DNA of 64,000 nucleotides from Cellvibrionaceae bacterium (lineage in GTDB: Bacteria > Pseudomonadota > Gammaproteobacteria > Pseudomonadales > Cellvibrionaceae): assembly GCA_050298695.1 (NCBI GenBank), contig JBNKUQ010000002.1:3136-67135 (forward strand), in the 5' to 3' direction. Each line of letters begins with the position of its first letter. The first letter of the stretch is position 1. The position numbers and the translations under genes were made by a program. Positions 16,684-25,368 of the stretch are shown here, piece after piece. The notes beneath the pieces were generated by a model. The model saw nothing but the letters and a program-made list of their open reading frames with translations, was not told the origin of the DNA and made no database searches.

Positions 16684-17808
16684 ATGTATAACTTATTGAA
16701 GTGCACCATAAAAATATTATTGTATGTCATATTCATTCCCACACTACTGTGCTCAGTGTTTTATTGGTCAATTACTCCGGTTACAAAAACTGAGCTGTTG
16801 CCTTTTGCCGATAAAAGTATTGTTGATTTTCACGTTCATGTTGCTGGCTTAGGGTATGCTGACTCAGGTGCATTTATTAATGAGGAGATGAGGCAGAATC
16901 TTCGCTTTAATTTTTATCTCATGGCCATGGGGGTCACCCTAGGAGAATTAGAAGAGCAGGGTGATAGGGTGCTCTTTAAAAAATTAAGTACCTCTATTCG
17001 AGAATCCTCTGTTGTCAGCTCGGCGGTTATTTTGGCAATGGATGGCGTTATTGATGATGGGGGGCAATTAGATAAAGCATTGACACAAGTTTATATTCCT
17101 AATGATTACGTATTTAAGGAAACCAGCCAATACGATAACTTATTATTTGGTGCCAGTATTAATCCTTATCGCCCCGATGCGATTGAGCGCTTAGAAGAGG
17201 TTCATAGACAGGGTGCGGTTTTGATTAAGTGGATACCTTCTATCATGTACATCGATCCTTCTGATCCACGGATTCGAGATTTTTATCAAAAAATGCTTGA
17301 ACTAGATATGCCGTTATTGAGCCATACGGGGATGGAAAAGTCCTTCAGCGGAGCAAAGGATGAATTAGCAGACCCTTATAAATTGCGTTTACCCCTCGAT
17401 ATGGGCGTAAAAGTCATTGCTGCACATCTTGCGACAACGGGGCAGTCCGAAGGCCAGGATAATTTTGAGCGTATTTTACCCATGTTTAAAGAGTATCCTA
17501 ATCTCTATGCGGATATTTCTAGTTTGACTCAGCTAAATAAATTAGGTTTTCTAAAAAAAGCACTACAAGCAAAAGATATAGAGCCTCGTTTTATTTATGG
17601 AACCGATTGGCCCTTACAGTTTTTTCCTTTGGTGTCGGCATGGTATCACTTGGACCAAATTACTTTAGCGGAAGCAAAAGCGATACAACAAATTGATAAC
17701 CAATGGGATCGCGATGTGGCGTTAAAGGTGGCAATGGGCTTATCTAAGGAATCGTTTTATCGAGGCAGAGATTTATTTCTTAAGCCTTTAACCCAGGTTA
17801 TGCAATAG
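16684..17808 (+). CDS. Amidohydrolase-family (TIM-barrel metal-dependent hydrolase) protein with an N-terminal membrane anchor
   Basis: The hydrophobic N-terminus is ILLYVIFIPTLLCSVFYW. Metal-ligand-like motifs are VDFHVHVAG, LSHTGME, IAAHLATTG and YGTDWPL. The substrate is unknown. Confidence 0.55.
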   Translation: MYNLLKCTIKILLYVIFIPTLLCSVFYWSITPVTKTELLPFADKSIVDFHVHVAGLGYADSGAFINEEMRQNLRFNFYLMAMGVTLGELEEQGDRVLFKKLSTSIRESSVVSSAVILAMDGVIDDGGQLDKALTQVYIPNDYVFKETSQYDNLLFGASINPYRPDAIERLEEVHRQGAVLIKWIPSIMYIDPSDPRIRDFYQKMLELDMPLLSHTGMEKSFSGAKDELADPYKLRLPLDMGVKVIAAHLATTGQSEGQDNFERILPMFKEYPNLYADISSLTQLNKLGFLKKALQAKDIEPRFIYGTDWPLQFFPLVSAWYHLDQITLAEAKAIQQIDNQWDRDVALKVAMGLSKESFYRGRDLFLKPLTQVMQ

Positions 17809-17901
17809 ACATTGGCAACTAAGCTGAACGTGTTATCTTCCTGCGATCTACCACTTGCCATAGTCGCTTCATTAAGTTTTATGATCACAGGCAACCGGAG
17901 G

Positions 17902-18819
17902 TCATCTTGAAAGAACACCAGGCACTTGCTGAATCAAAAATTCCATTAGCGCTTTAACCGCAGGCATTACCCCATACCGTGAAGGCATCAGAATACTGAG
18001 TTCCGCATTGCCAGCTGTCCATTCGGGCAGTATTCGGTGTAAAAATCCTGAGGCAATTTCCGTTCGGCATATATAGGCCGGCAACGCCACAATGCCTAGT
18101 CCCTGAATAGCGGCGTGTTTAAGCGTTTCCATATCATCGCTGGACAAGCGCGGACTAAAGGGTATCGATGCCTGTATGCCATTAGCGTGGTGCAGATTCC
18201 AGTGACCTGATGCAGGCTGCCAGCCCAGCTTGAGTCCACTGTGGTTGGATAAGTCCTGTGGTAATGTGGGCGTGCCTGCTTTTTCCAGATAGAGCGGCCC
18301 CGCAAACACATGCCACGGCGTGGCGATGAGTTTGCGTTGAATCAGGCTTGAATCAGGCAACGCTTCGTGATGCCCCCGGATAGCCAGATCAATGCCGGAC
18401 TCCACCAGATCAACATTCTGATTGGTCACTTGCTGAATAATATCCACCTTTGGATGCTCACGCAGGAACTGCGCAATCAGATCTTTGAGCAGAAACTGCG
18501 CCACCGTCACCGAGCAACTAATACGGATACGGCCAGAAAGCACATTGGTCTGACGTTTTACCGCAGCTTCGGCGGCTTCCACTTCGTTCAACATGATTCG
18601 GGCACGCTCGTAAAATGCCTGCCCGGTTTCTGTGATGGCGAACTTTCGGGAGCTACGTTGCAGCAAGCGCACCCCAAGCCGCTCTTCAAGATGATTTATG
18701 TGGCGACTCAGGCGGGACTTGGGCAGATCAAGTAGTCGTGCCGCGGGGGAAAAGCCACGCTGTTCCACCACATGAACAAAGTAAAAGTAATCATTTAAAT
18801 CAATCAAGGTCCACCTCAA
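17902..18819 (-). CDS. LysR-family transcriptional regulator
   Basis: The N-terminal wHTH is DLNDYFYFVHVVEQRGFSPAARLLDLPKSRLSRHINHLEERLGVRLLQRSSR, and the protein is ~300 aa. The true start may be the TTG at 18807 (MIDLND...). The gene is visibly GC-rich. Confidence 0.85.
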   Translation of the reverse strand: MRWTLIDLNDYFYFVHVVEQRGFSPAARLLDLPKSRLSRHINHLEERLGVRLLQRSSRKFAITETGQAFYERARIMLNEVEAAEAAVKRQTNVLSGRIRISCSVTVAQFLLKDLIAQFLREHPKVDIIQQVTNQNVDLVESGIDLAIRGHHEALPDSSLIQRKLIATPWHVFAGPLYLEKAGTPTLPQDLSNHSGLKLGWQPASGHWNLHHANGIQASIPFSPRLSSDDMETLKHAAIQGLGIVALPAYICRTEIASGFLHRILPEWTAGNAELSILMPSRYGVMPAVKALMEFLIQQVPGVLSR

Positions 18820-18927
18820 ATACTACTGTCGTTCCAAATGTAGAACGAAGAGTATCATTTTTGCCACTTTTTGCCACCATCGTTCCACTGGTAAAGTATG
18901 CAATATCAACAGAACAGGAGCTATCCC

Positions 18928-19815
18928 ATGTCAGCACTAACACAAAACACACGCACAGAGAACAGCAGCCTTCTGTATTCACCCCTGGTAAGCGGGGAGT
19001 CTCTACAGATTGGCAACGGGTTTGATGCGCTGAGCTTTAAACAGCAGCACTTTCAAGGTCTGATGGATCCCTTGGTGATGGCCGATCACTATACGATGAC
19101 CAGCCCGACCTTTGGCATTCATCCCCATGCGGGCATGTCGGCCGTATCAATACTATTCGAAGACAGTCAGGGCAGTTTTCATAACCGGGATTCGCTCGGT
19201 AACCACATCGATTTAAAGCCGGGTGATCTCTATTGGCTACAGGCTGGCGGTGGCGCTATTCACGATGAAGCCCCCCGCCCAGGCGCCCGCACCCACGGTT
19301 TGCAGGTGTTTGTAAATCTGCCGGCGCGACTTAAACACGGCGCACCAGGTTCGCTGCACGTTAAGGCCGGGGATATGCCCTTACTGCACGGTGACGACTT
19401 TCGTGTACGGGTAATGTTGGGGGAGAGTGGCGGGGTAAAAGGTGCCGACTCCCCTGCGCTGCCAGCCACTATCCTGGATGGCAAGCTAAATGCCGGTGGG
19501 CTCTTTTCGCATACGCTGGCCACTCATCACAGTGCCTGGGTTTACCCGGTGAACGGCTCCCTTCAGGTGACGCACCAAAATACCTCGATAACCATACCCG
19601 GCGGAAAGTCACTCAGCCTGCGCAATGAAGGCGAGGTGACAGACGTTGTGCTTCAGGCGGCCGCTAACAGTGAAACCCACTTTGTATTGATTGGTGCCGA
19701 ACCAGTCCGGGAAAGTTTTGTTCAACGCGGGCCTTTTGTCATGAGTACAACTGAGGAGCTGGATCGTGTTGAGGCCGACTATCGCGCGGGAAAACTGGGC
19801 TCAATAAGTAACTGA
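18928..19815 (+). CDS. Pirin-family protein
   Basis: The cupin metal site region is GIHPHAGMSAVSILFEDS...LQAGGGAIHDE. ATG 18928 is preceded by CAGGAG (the ORF-track start is 18898). It is divergent from the LysR gene. Confidence 0.8.
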   Translation: MSALTQNTRTENSSLLYSPLVSGESLQIGNGFDALSFKQQHFQGLMDPLVMADHYTMTSPTFGIHPHAGMSAVSILFEDSQGSFHNRDSLGNHIDLKPGDLYWLQAGGGAIHDEAPRPGARTHGLQVFVNLPARLKHGAPGSLHVKAGDMPLLHGDDFRVRVMLGESGGVKGADSPALPATILDGKLNAGGLFSHTLATHHSAWVYPVNGSLQVTHQNTSITIPGGKSLSLRNEGEVTDVVLQAAANSETHFVLIGAEPVRESFVQRGPFVMSTTEELDRVEADYRAGKLGSISN

Positions 19816-19894
19816 CACGCGACTAGAAAAATCGGGTTATTTTTTAACAGATACTCCCCGGCAGGTGAGTATTGGCAAACAAGAGGAACAGGAA

Positions 19895-20443
19895 ATGAAT
19901 ATTTTAGCCTTCGCAGCAAGCAACAGTAAAAAGTCCATCAACAAGCAATTGCTCACGTACGCGACGAGCTTATTGCACGATCATAACGTTGAGCTAATCG
20001 ATATCAATGATTTTGAACTGCCCATTTACAGTGAAGACCTGGAGAGGGAGCGAGGCATCCCCCAGGCGGTACATCGCTTCCTTGCAAAAATTGCCAGCGC
20101 GGATGCCTTAATGATTGCATATGCGGAACACAATGGCGGTTACACCGTTGCGTATAAAAACCTGTTTGACTGGGCATCCAGAGCAAACCGAAATGTCTAT
20201 CAAGGCAGGTCTGTGATTATGCTGGCGACATCACCGGGAGCCAGTGGCGCAAAAAGTGTGTTGTCCATGGCGGTCGAGTCCGCTCAATCTTTTGACGGAA
20301 AAGTAGCTGCATCTTTTTCACTGCCAAGTTTTTATGACAACTTTGACCTGGAAAGACAGGTTATTTCTCACACAACGCTCAAACAGGAACTAATGAGTAC
20401 CATTGAAGTAATCCGGGATGAGGCACAACGTGTTCATAGCTAA
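19895..20443 (+). CDS. NAD(P)H-dependent FMN reductase-family oxidoreductase
   Basis: MNILAFAASNSKKSINKQLL...AYAEHNGGYTVAYKNLFDW is typical of the flavodoxin-like FMN_red family. ATG 19895 follows an AGGAACAGGA Shine-Dalgarno-like sequence (the ORF-track start is 19865). Confidence 0.7.
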   Translation: MNILAFAASNSKKSINKQLLTYATSLLHDHNVELIDINDFELPIYSEDLERERGIPQAVHRFLAKIASADALMIAYAEHNGGYTVAYKNLFDWASRANRNVYQGRSVIMLATSPGASGAKSVLSMAVESAQSFDGKVAASFSLPSFYDNFDLERQVISHTTLKQELMSTIEVIRDEAQRVHS

Positions 20444-20500
20444 AACGGGGGACGTGAATTTCTAAGCCTCGGTGCCCCCAGTTATATCCAGTGGTGGGAT

Positions 20501-20641
20501 AAAATTATTTCGAACAAATACAGCTTTCATTTATTTTCATTTTTTATGTCATTAATGATGTCCGGAATTATGTCGCTGGCCATGCTGGCGTTTAAGTCCG
20601 ATTCATCTGGACAGCTTATACTGAATTGGCCAATAGCCTGA
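20501..20641 (+). pseudogene. Possible 5' fragment of a DUF2798-type membrane protein gene
   Basis: In the reductase frame, after its stop, the sequence reads KIISNKYSFHLFSFFMSLMMSGIMSLAMLAFKSDSSGQLILNWPIA*. The MSxxMSxxMS helix pattern matches my memory of DUF2798 N-termini. There is no proper start codon and only ~47 codons remain. Confidence 0.3.
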
Positions 20642-20689
20642 TCTGGGTTTAACTAGCCAACAAAGACGTTTATTAGCGAAACCTTCTGC

Positions 20690-21415
20690 TTACAGCTTAA
20701 ATTGATGACCGAGATAAACATCACGAACCGCTTGATTACTCATAATCGCGTCGGCATCCCCTTCAGCAATAATGTGCCCTTCGCTAACAATATACGCTGT
20801 TTCGCAAATGGTGAGGGTTTCGCGAACGTTGTGGTCGGTGATTAACACACCGATACCTCGGTCTTTGAGGTGGGTGATAATTTGTTTGATATCGTTAACT
20901 GAAATAGGGTCAACGCCAGCAAAGGGCTCATCCAATAAAATAAAGCTGGGCTCAGTCGCTAACGCGCGGGCAATTTCAACCCTTCGGCGCTCACCACCAG
21001 ATAATGACATTCCAAGAGAATCGCGAATATGAGTGATATGAAACTCTTTTAGTAGTTGTTCTAGTTTTTCTAGGCGTTGTTTACGCGATAATTCCTTGCG
21101 GGTTTCAAGGATTGCAAGAATATTATTCGAGACAGACAGTTTGCGAAAAACCGATGCTTCTTGTGGCAAGTAACCAATTCCTGCGCGAGCGCGACCGTGC
21201 ATAGGTAAGGGAGTAATATCTTTATCATCGATGGTGATTTTGCCTTTATCGGCGGCAACAAGCCCGGCAATCATATAAAAACACGTGGTTTTTCCAGCAC
21301 CATTAGGGCCCAATAGTCCAACAATTTGTCCGCTTTTAACACTCACGGAAACGTCGGTCACAACGGGGCGTTTTGCGTAAGTTTTGGCGAGATGGTGAGC
21401 GTAAAGCGTTGACAT
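20690..21415 (-). CDS. lptB: LPS export ABC transporter ATPase LptB
   Basis: It is 241 aa, with Walker [10 protein letters not shown], signature LSGGERRR and Walker B ILLDEPF. It lies next to lptA. Confidence 0.95.
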   Translation of the reverse strand: MSTLYAHHLAKTYAKRPVVTDVSVSVKSGQIVGLLGPNGAGKTTCFYMIAGLVAADKGKITIDDKDITPLPMHGRARAGIGYLPQEASVFRKLSVSNNILAILETRKELSRKQRLEKLEQLLKEFHITHIRDSLGMSLSGGERRRVEIARALATEPSFILLDEPFAGVDPISVNDIKQIITHLKDRGIGVLITDHNVRETLTICETAYIVSEGHIIAEGDADAIMSNQAVRDVYLGHQFKL

Positions 21416-21430
21416 GATGTAGCGATAATT

Positions 21431-21934
21431 TTAGGGCTTATCTTTTTGTGGTTGGAGGACAACATTGACATTACCTTGGCCCTCAGCGCGAGCACCTTCG
21501 ATGTAGTAATCAATTTTATTACTTGTAAAAACAGAGCCATCCTGATCAATAGATGCATTATTTATCAGAGTGACTTTTTTTTGACTCAGCTGATATTTAA
21601 TGGTGTCGGCTTTGGCGAGTACATCCCCTTTATTGGGTTCTGGTTTTTGTTTAAAACTCGCGGGCTTGCCTTCCGCAATAATACGAGTAACCTCCTCTTC
21701 AACGATATAAATCGTTACCTTGTCCGCTTTAATGTTCAATGTGCCTTGTTTAATATCGACATTGCCTTCATAAATGGTGAGTCCGCGCTGCTGATCTTTA
21801 ATGGCAGAATTAGAGGTAATATGGATGGGTTTCTGGCTATCTTCGGGCAGACTCAATGCGTAAGAATGCACTAATAATAAAACACTTGCGAATAATAATT
21901 TAATCAATAAGTGGTGGCGTTTATTGAGGAGCAT
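21431..21934 (-). CDS. lptA: LPS transport periplasmic protein LptA
   Basis: It is 167 aa with a signal peptide and an OstA-like beta-jellyroll (ITSNSAIKDQQRGLTIYEGNVDIKQGTLNIKADKVTIY). It sits between lptB and lptC. Confidence 0.85.
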   Translation of the reverse strand: MLLNKRHHLLIKLLFASVLLLVHSYALSLPEDSQKPIHITSNSAIKDQQRGLTIYEGNVDIKQGTLNIKADKVTIYIVEEEVTRIIAEGKPASFKQKPEPNKGDVLAKADTIKYQLSQKKVTLINNASIDQDGSVFTSNKIDYYIEGARAEGQGNVNVVLQPQKDKP

Positions 21935-22536
21935 ATTGACCTTTCACATCCGAGAGTAATTCTATGCGTTTTTCATTGAAAAATACTTTTAATCCAGTGG
22001 CCGTTGTGGTGCCAGCCTTGCTCGTGATGATAACAGGTTTATCTGTTTCTGCGTAACGGCGATTCGGCTGTATGAACAGTAATTCCGTTTTTAGTTCGGA
22101 GGTTTCGCTCTCGCGACGATCTTTTTTGTTGATCGCCACTTGTTTAATAATGACATCCCCCATTAAGGTTAATTCATCTTTTTTTTTCGTTACCCTCAGC
22201 CATATTGGCAGAAATAGTTGATATGGCACTGACCTCACGATTGGTTTCATTGTAGTCATATAAGGTGAAATAGGGTTGTTCCATAATGGTGTCAGGCTTT
22301 TGAGCCCCTACATTTTCATAGTAATTAATGGTATCTGCGGTCAGTGAGTAATCCAGACGGCCTTGTTCATCATATTGTCGGGTATGAGCATTTTTCAAAA
22401 AACTACTGGGAAAGTCCGCTTTTTGTTTGTGTGAGTTAAACAGTTCATTGAGTTCAGCGGGAGGGGAGCGCCAGAGTAGATACACCAGTAAAAAAGAACC
22501 AGCGAGGGTGAGTAAGAGTATCCAGCGCCTTGGCAT
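21921..22536 (-). pseudogene. lptC: lptC interrupted by an apparent 1-nt frameshift in an A9 tract; it may be a sequencing artefact
   Basis: ORF 22174-22536 encodes the TM anchor (MPRRWILLLTLAGSFLLVYLLW) and the first half, ending ISANMAEGNEKKR*. ORF 21921-22259 carries the second half, from KKDELTLMGDVIIKQ onwards. The two frames meet at nine T on the plus strand (22179-22187). Deleting one base gives a single ~204-aa LptC. Confidence 0.75.
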
Positions 22537-22544
22537 TTTAATCC

Positions 22545-23096
22545 TTATAAATAATGTTGTAGTGCGGCTTCAAACGTCCCTTGAGCGAGCATAATAAAAT
22601 CGCAGGCCTCACGTACAGCCCCTTCGCCACCCTTATACTGACTGAGCCAGTCAGCATGCTCTTTAACGGCCCAATGTCCATCAGCGACTGTCATTCCTAA
22701 GCCAAGACGTCTTATTAAGGGTAAATCGGGGTAATCATCACCCATATGTGCAATTTCTTCATAGTCTAAAGGTAATTGCTTTCGTAGTTCGTCTAGAGCA
22801 GCGAGCTTATCTTCTCGACCTTGAATCAGGTGCTTAATCCCCAGTGCTTGGGTGCGCGTTTCAACAATATGGCTGGTGCGCCCGGTAATCACAGCGACGG
22901 TTACGCCACTTTTTTGTAGCATTTTAATACCATGCCCATCTAGTGAATTAAATGCTTTGAATTCGTCGCCATTATTGGTGAAGTAGAGTTTGCCATCAGT
23001 GAGCACACCATCCACATCGAGCACGAATAATTTTATCCTACGAGCTTTGTCGATAATAGCGGGGGAAAAATCAGATAATTTCATACAATCGTTCAC
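22545..23096 (-). CDS. kdsC: KDO 8-phosphate phosphatase KdsC
   Basis: The HAD motif is FVLDVDGVLTDGKLYF. It is 183 aa and in conserved kdsD-kdsC-lptC context. Confidence 0.9.
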   Translation of the reverse strand: MNDCMKLSDFSPAIIDKARRIKLFVLDVDGVLTDGKLYFTNNGDEFKAFNSLDGHGIKMLQKSGVTVAVITGRTSHIVETRTQALGIKHLIQGREDKLAALDELRKQLPLDYEEIAHMGDDYPDLPLIRRLGLGMTVADGHWAVKEHADWLSQYKGGEGAVREACDFIMLAQGTFEAALQHYL

Positions 23097-23105
23097 TAGG
23101 GCCTG

Positions 23106-24107
23106 TTAAAGAATACCGGCTCTTAATATATCGTGCATATGAATAACACCGATAGGGTGTTGATAGTCATCGGCAACAATGAGCGCGGTAATAGCCCGTT
23201 TTTCCATTAACCCTAAGGCTTCTGCAGCCAGCATGTTGCTACTGATATAAGACGGATTTGCGCTCATCACCTCTTGGATGCTCACGGCATTGAGATCAAC
23301 GTGTTGGTCTACAGCACGGCGTAAATCACCATCGGTAAATACGCCACTTAGCTTTCCATTTTTATCCAGTACCGTAGTAATACCTAGCCCTTTTTGTGTC
23401 ATTTCTACCAGAGCCTGTTTTAGAGGTGTGTTTTCTTCAACCACCGGCAATTCTTGGTCGCTGTGCATAATATCGCTGACTTTCAAAAGTAAACGCCGGC
23501 CCAGCGCTCCACCAGGATGTGAAAATGCAAAGTCTTCTGCGGTGAAACCCCGAGCTTCGAGTAGCGCTACTGCTAGTGCATCGCCCATCACTAAGGTAAC
23601 CGTTGTACTTGATGTTGGCGCCAGATCCAGAGGACAGGCTTCACAATCAACGCTAATATCAAGATTTATATCTGCTTGCTGAGCCAATGGTGAGTCAACC
23701 TTGCCAGCCATACTGATCAAGGGTATGTTTAGGCGCTTAAGTAGGGGTAACAGGGTGACAATTTCTGCAGAGCTGCCCGAATTCGATATTGCGATGACTA
23801 CATCACCCTTAGTAATCATACCTAAATCGCCGTGACTGGCTTCTCCTGGATGCACAAAGAAAGAGGGTGTGCCAGTACTCGCCAACGTAGCCGCTATCTT
23901 TTTGCCAATATGCCCTGATTTTCCCATGCCAGTAACGATGGTCCGGCCTTGGCAGCCTAGTATCAGCTCACAGGCTTTAATAAAACCTTCATCAATACGA
24001 TCGGTTAGTTCAGTAATCGCCGCCATTTCCATGGAGATAGTGCGTTTCCCCGCATTAATCAGGGTAGATGTATTTTGCTTAGTGTTATTGGTGACCGTAC
24101 TCGTCAT
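23106..24107 (-). CDS. kdsD: Arabinose-5-phosphate isomerase KdsD
   Basis: It has a SIS domain (VTGMGKSGHIGKKIAATLASTGTPSFFVHPGEASHGDLG) and a C-terminal CBS pair. It is 333 aa. Confidence 0.9.
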   Translation of the reverse strand: MTSTVTNNTKQNTSTLINAGKRTISMEMAAITELTDRIDEGFIKACELILGCQGRTIVTGMGKSGHIGKKIAATLASTGTPSFFVHPGEASHGDLGMITKGDVVIAISNSGSSAEIVTLLPLLKRLNIPLISMAGKVDSPLAQQADINLDISVDCEACPLDLAPTSSTTVTLVMGDALAVALLEARGFTAEDFAFSHPGGALGRRLLLKVSDIMHSDQELPVVEENTPLKQALVEMTQKGLGITTVLDKNGKLSGVFTDGDLRRAVDQHVDLNAVSIQEVMSANPSYISSNMLAAEALGLMEKRAITALIVADDYQHPIGVIHMHDILRAGIL

Positions 24108-24142
24108 TATTTGCCTTTAAAACATTGTTCTTAACGGTGTTC

Positions 24143-25096
24143 TTAAAAAAGTAAGGTGTAGTAGCCAGCGTACAATACTAACAATATAAGCCCGGATAGT
24201 CTGCCCAGTTGACTATGTTTACCGTGGTTGCGCAAAAAGCTAAATAACATAAAGCCACCTAAAGCCAAGGTAATAAGGGTCATTGCGACAAAATCTCGGG
24301 AAAATACAACACCTTCCATTGATATAGGGTGGATAAGGGTGGGAATGCCCATCACTAATAATAAATTGAAAATGTTGGAGCCAATGACATTGCCTATGGC
24401 GATATCGTGATGCCCTTTCATCGCACTGGCTACGCTAGCGGCAAGTTCGGGTAGGCTGGTGCCCACCGCGACAATCGTTAAACCAATGACAAGTGGGCTA
24501 ACCCCAAAACTCGTTGCAATAGCTGTAGCTCCCCAAACCAGCAATTCGGCACTTCCTATTAAGCAGAGCAAACCAATAAGGAACCAGATAGAGGCCATTG
24601 ATATCGGCAGCTCAGGAACTTCTTCAATCTCTTCTGGGTGTTGTTTTTTACTGTGGTTAATCCAATACAAAATGGGAATTAACAGGCCCACTAAAACAAA
24701 GCCTTCCCACAATAGAAGTTTGGCATCGTAAAGGAATACCCCTGCTACTGCCATTACCGCCATCATTAGTAAAAATTCTTGCTGGAGAATGTGGCGTTTA
24801 ATGGGTAGAGGTGCAATAAGGGCCGTGATGCCCAATACCATACCAACATTAGCCAAATTCGAGCCTAAGGCATTACCTACAGCGAGCTCTCCTGCCTGTT
24901 TCAAGGCTGAACTGATAGATACGATGACCTCTGGAGCGGAGGTGCCAAAGGCGACAACAGTTAGACCAACCATAAGCTTTGACATACCAAGATGGCTGGC
25001 AATGGTAGCACTGCCTTCTACAAAACGGTCAGCACTCCATATTAAGCCAGCAAATCCTATCAATGTGGCGATCCATGGCAGTAAGGTATCCAGCAT
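24143..25096 (-). CDS. yrbG: CaCA-family cation/Ca2+ exchanger (YrbG type)
   Basis: It is 317 aa and polytopic, with two alpha-repeats (GTSAPE and GTSLPE). It is adjacent to kdsD, as in E. coli. Confidence 0.8.
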   Translation of the reverse strand: MLDTLLPWIATLIGFAGLIWSADRFVEGSATIASHLGMSKLMVGLTVVAFGTSAPEVIVSISSALKQAGELAVGNALGSNLANVGMVLGITALIAPLPIKRHILQQEFLLMMAVMAVAGVFLYDAKLLLWEGFVLVGLLIPILYWINHSKKQHPEEIEEVPELPISMASIWFLIGLLCLIGSAELLVWGATAIATSFGVSPLVIGLTIVAVGTSLPELAASVASAMKGHHDIAIGNVIGSNIFNLLLVMGIPTLIHPISMEGVVFSRDFVAMTLITLALGGFMLFSFLRNHGKHSQLGRLSGLILLVLYAGYYTLLF

Positions 25097-25148
25097 AATA
25101 TTCAGTCTCTATTCAGTTTGAATTTGGTACAGTTGGTTTTGAGACTCA

Positions 25149-25274
25149 AGGGCGCCTCTAAACATGAGAATTTTTATTCGCTAAAAAGCACAGTGTACGT
25201 GGTATACATGAGCATTTGAGTGCGACGGCAACAACGCCGCTAGCGGACAAAAAGACAATCTTTAGAGGTGCCCT
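25149..25274. mobile_element. MITE-like non-autonomous element, copy A
   Basis: The terminal inverted repeats are AGGGCGCCTCTAAA (25149-25162) and TTTAGAGGTGCCCT (25261-25274), matching at 13 of 14 positions. Internal blocks (AAGCAC, ATGAGCATTTGAG, AAAAAGACAATCTTTAGAGGTG) are shared with copy B at 28506-28644. Confidence 0.65.
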
Positions 25275-25368
25275 AAATAGTATTTGAGCCTTGGGATGCA
25301 AATGGTATAGTGTGCCGCTTGGTATGTCAGTAAAAATTTGTTACGGAATAAGGTTATTGGAGAATCCT

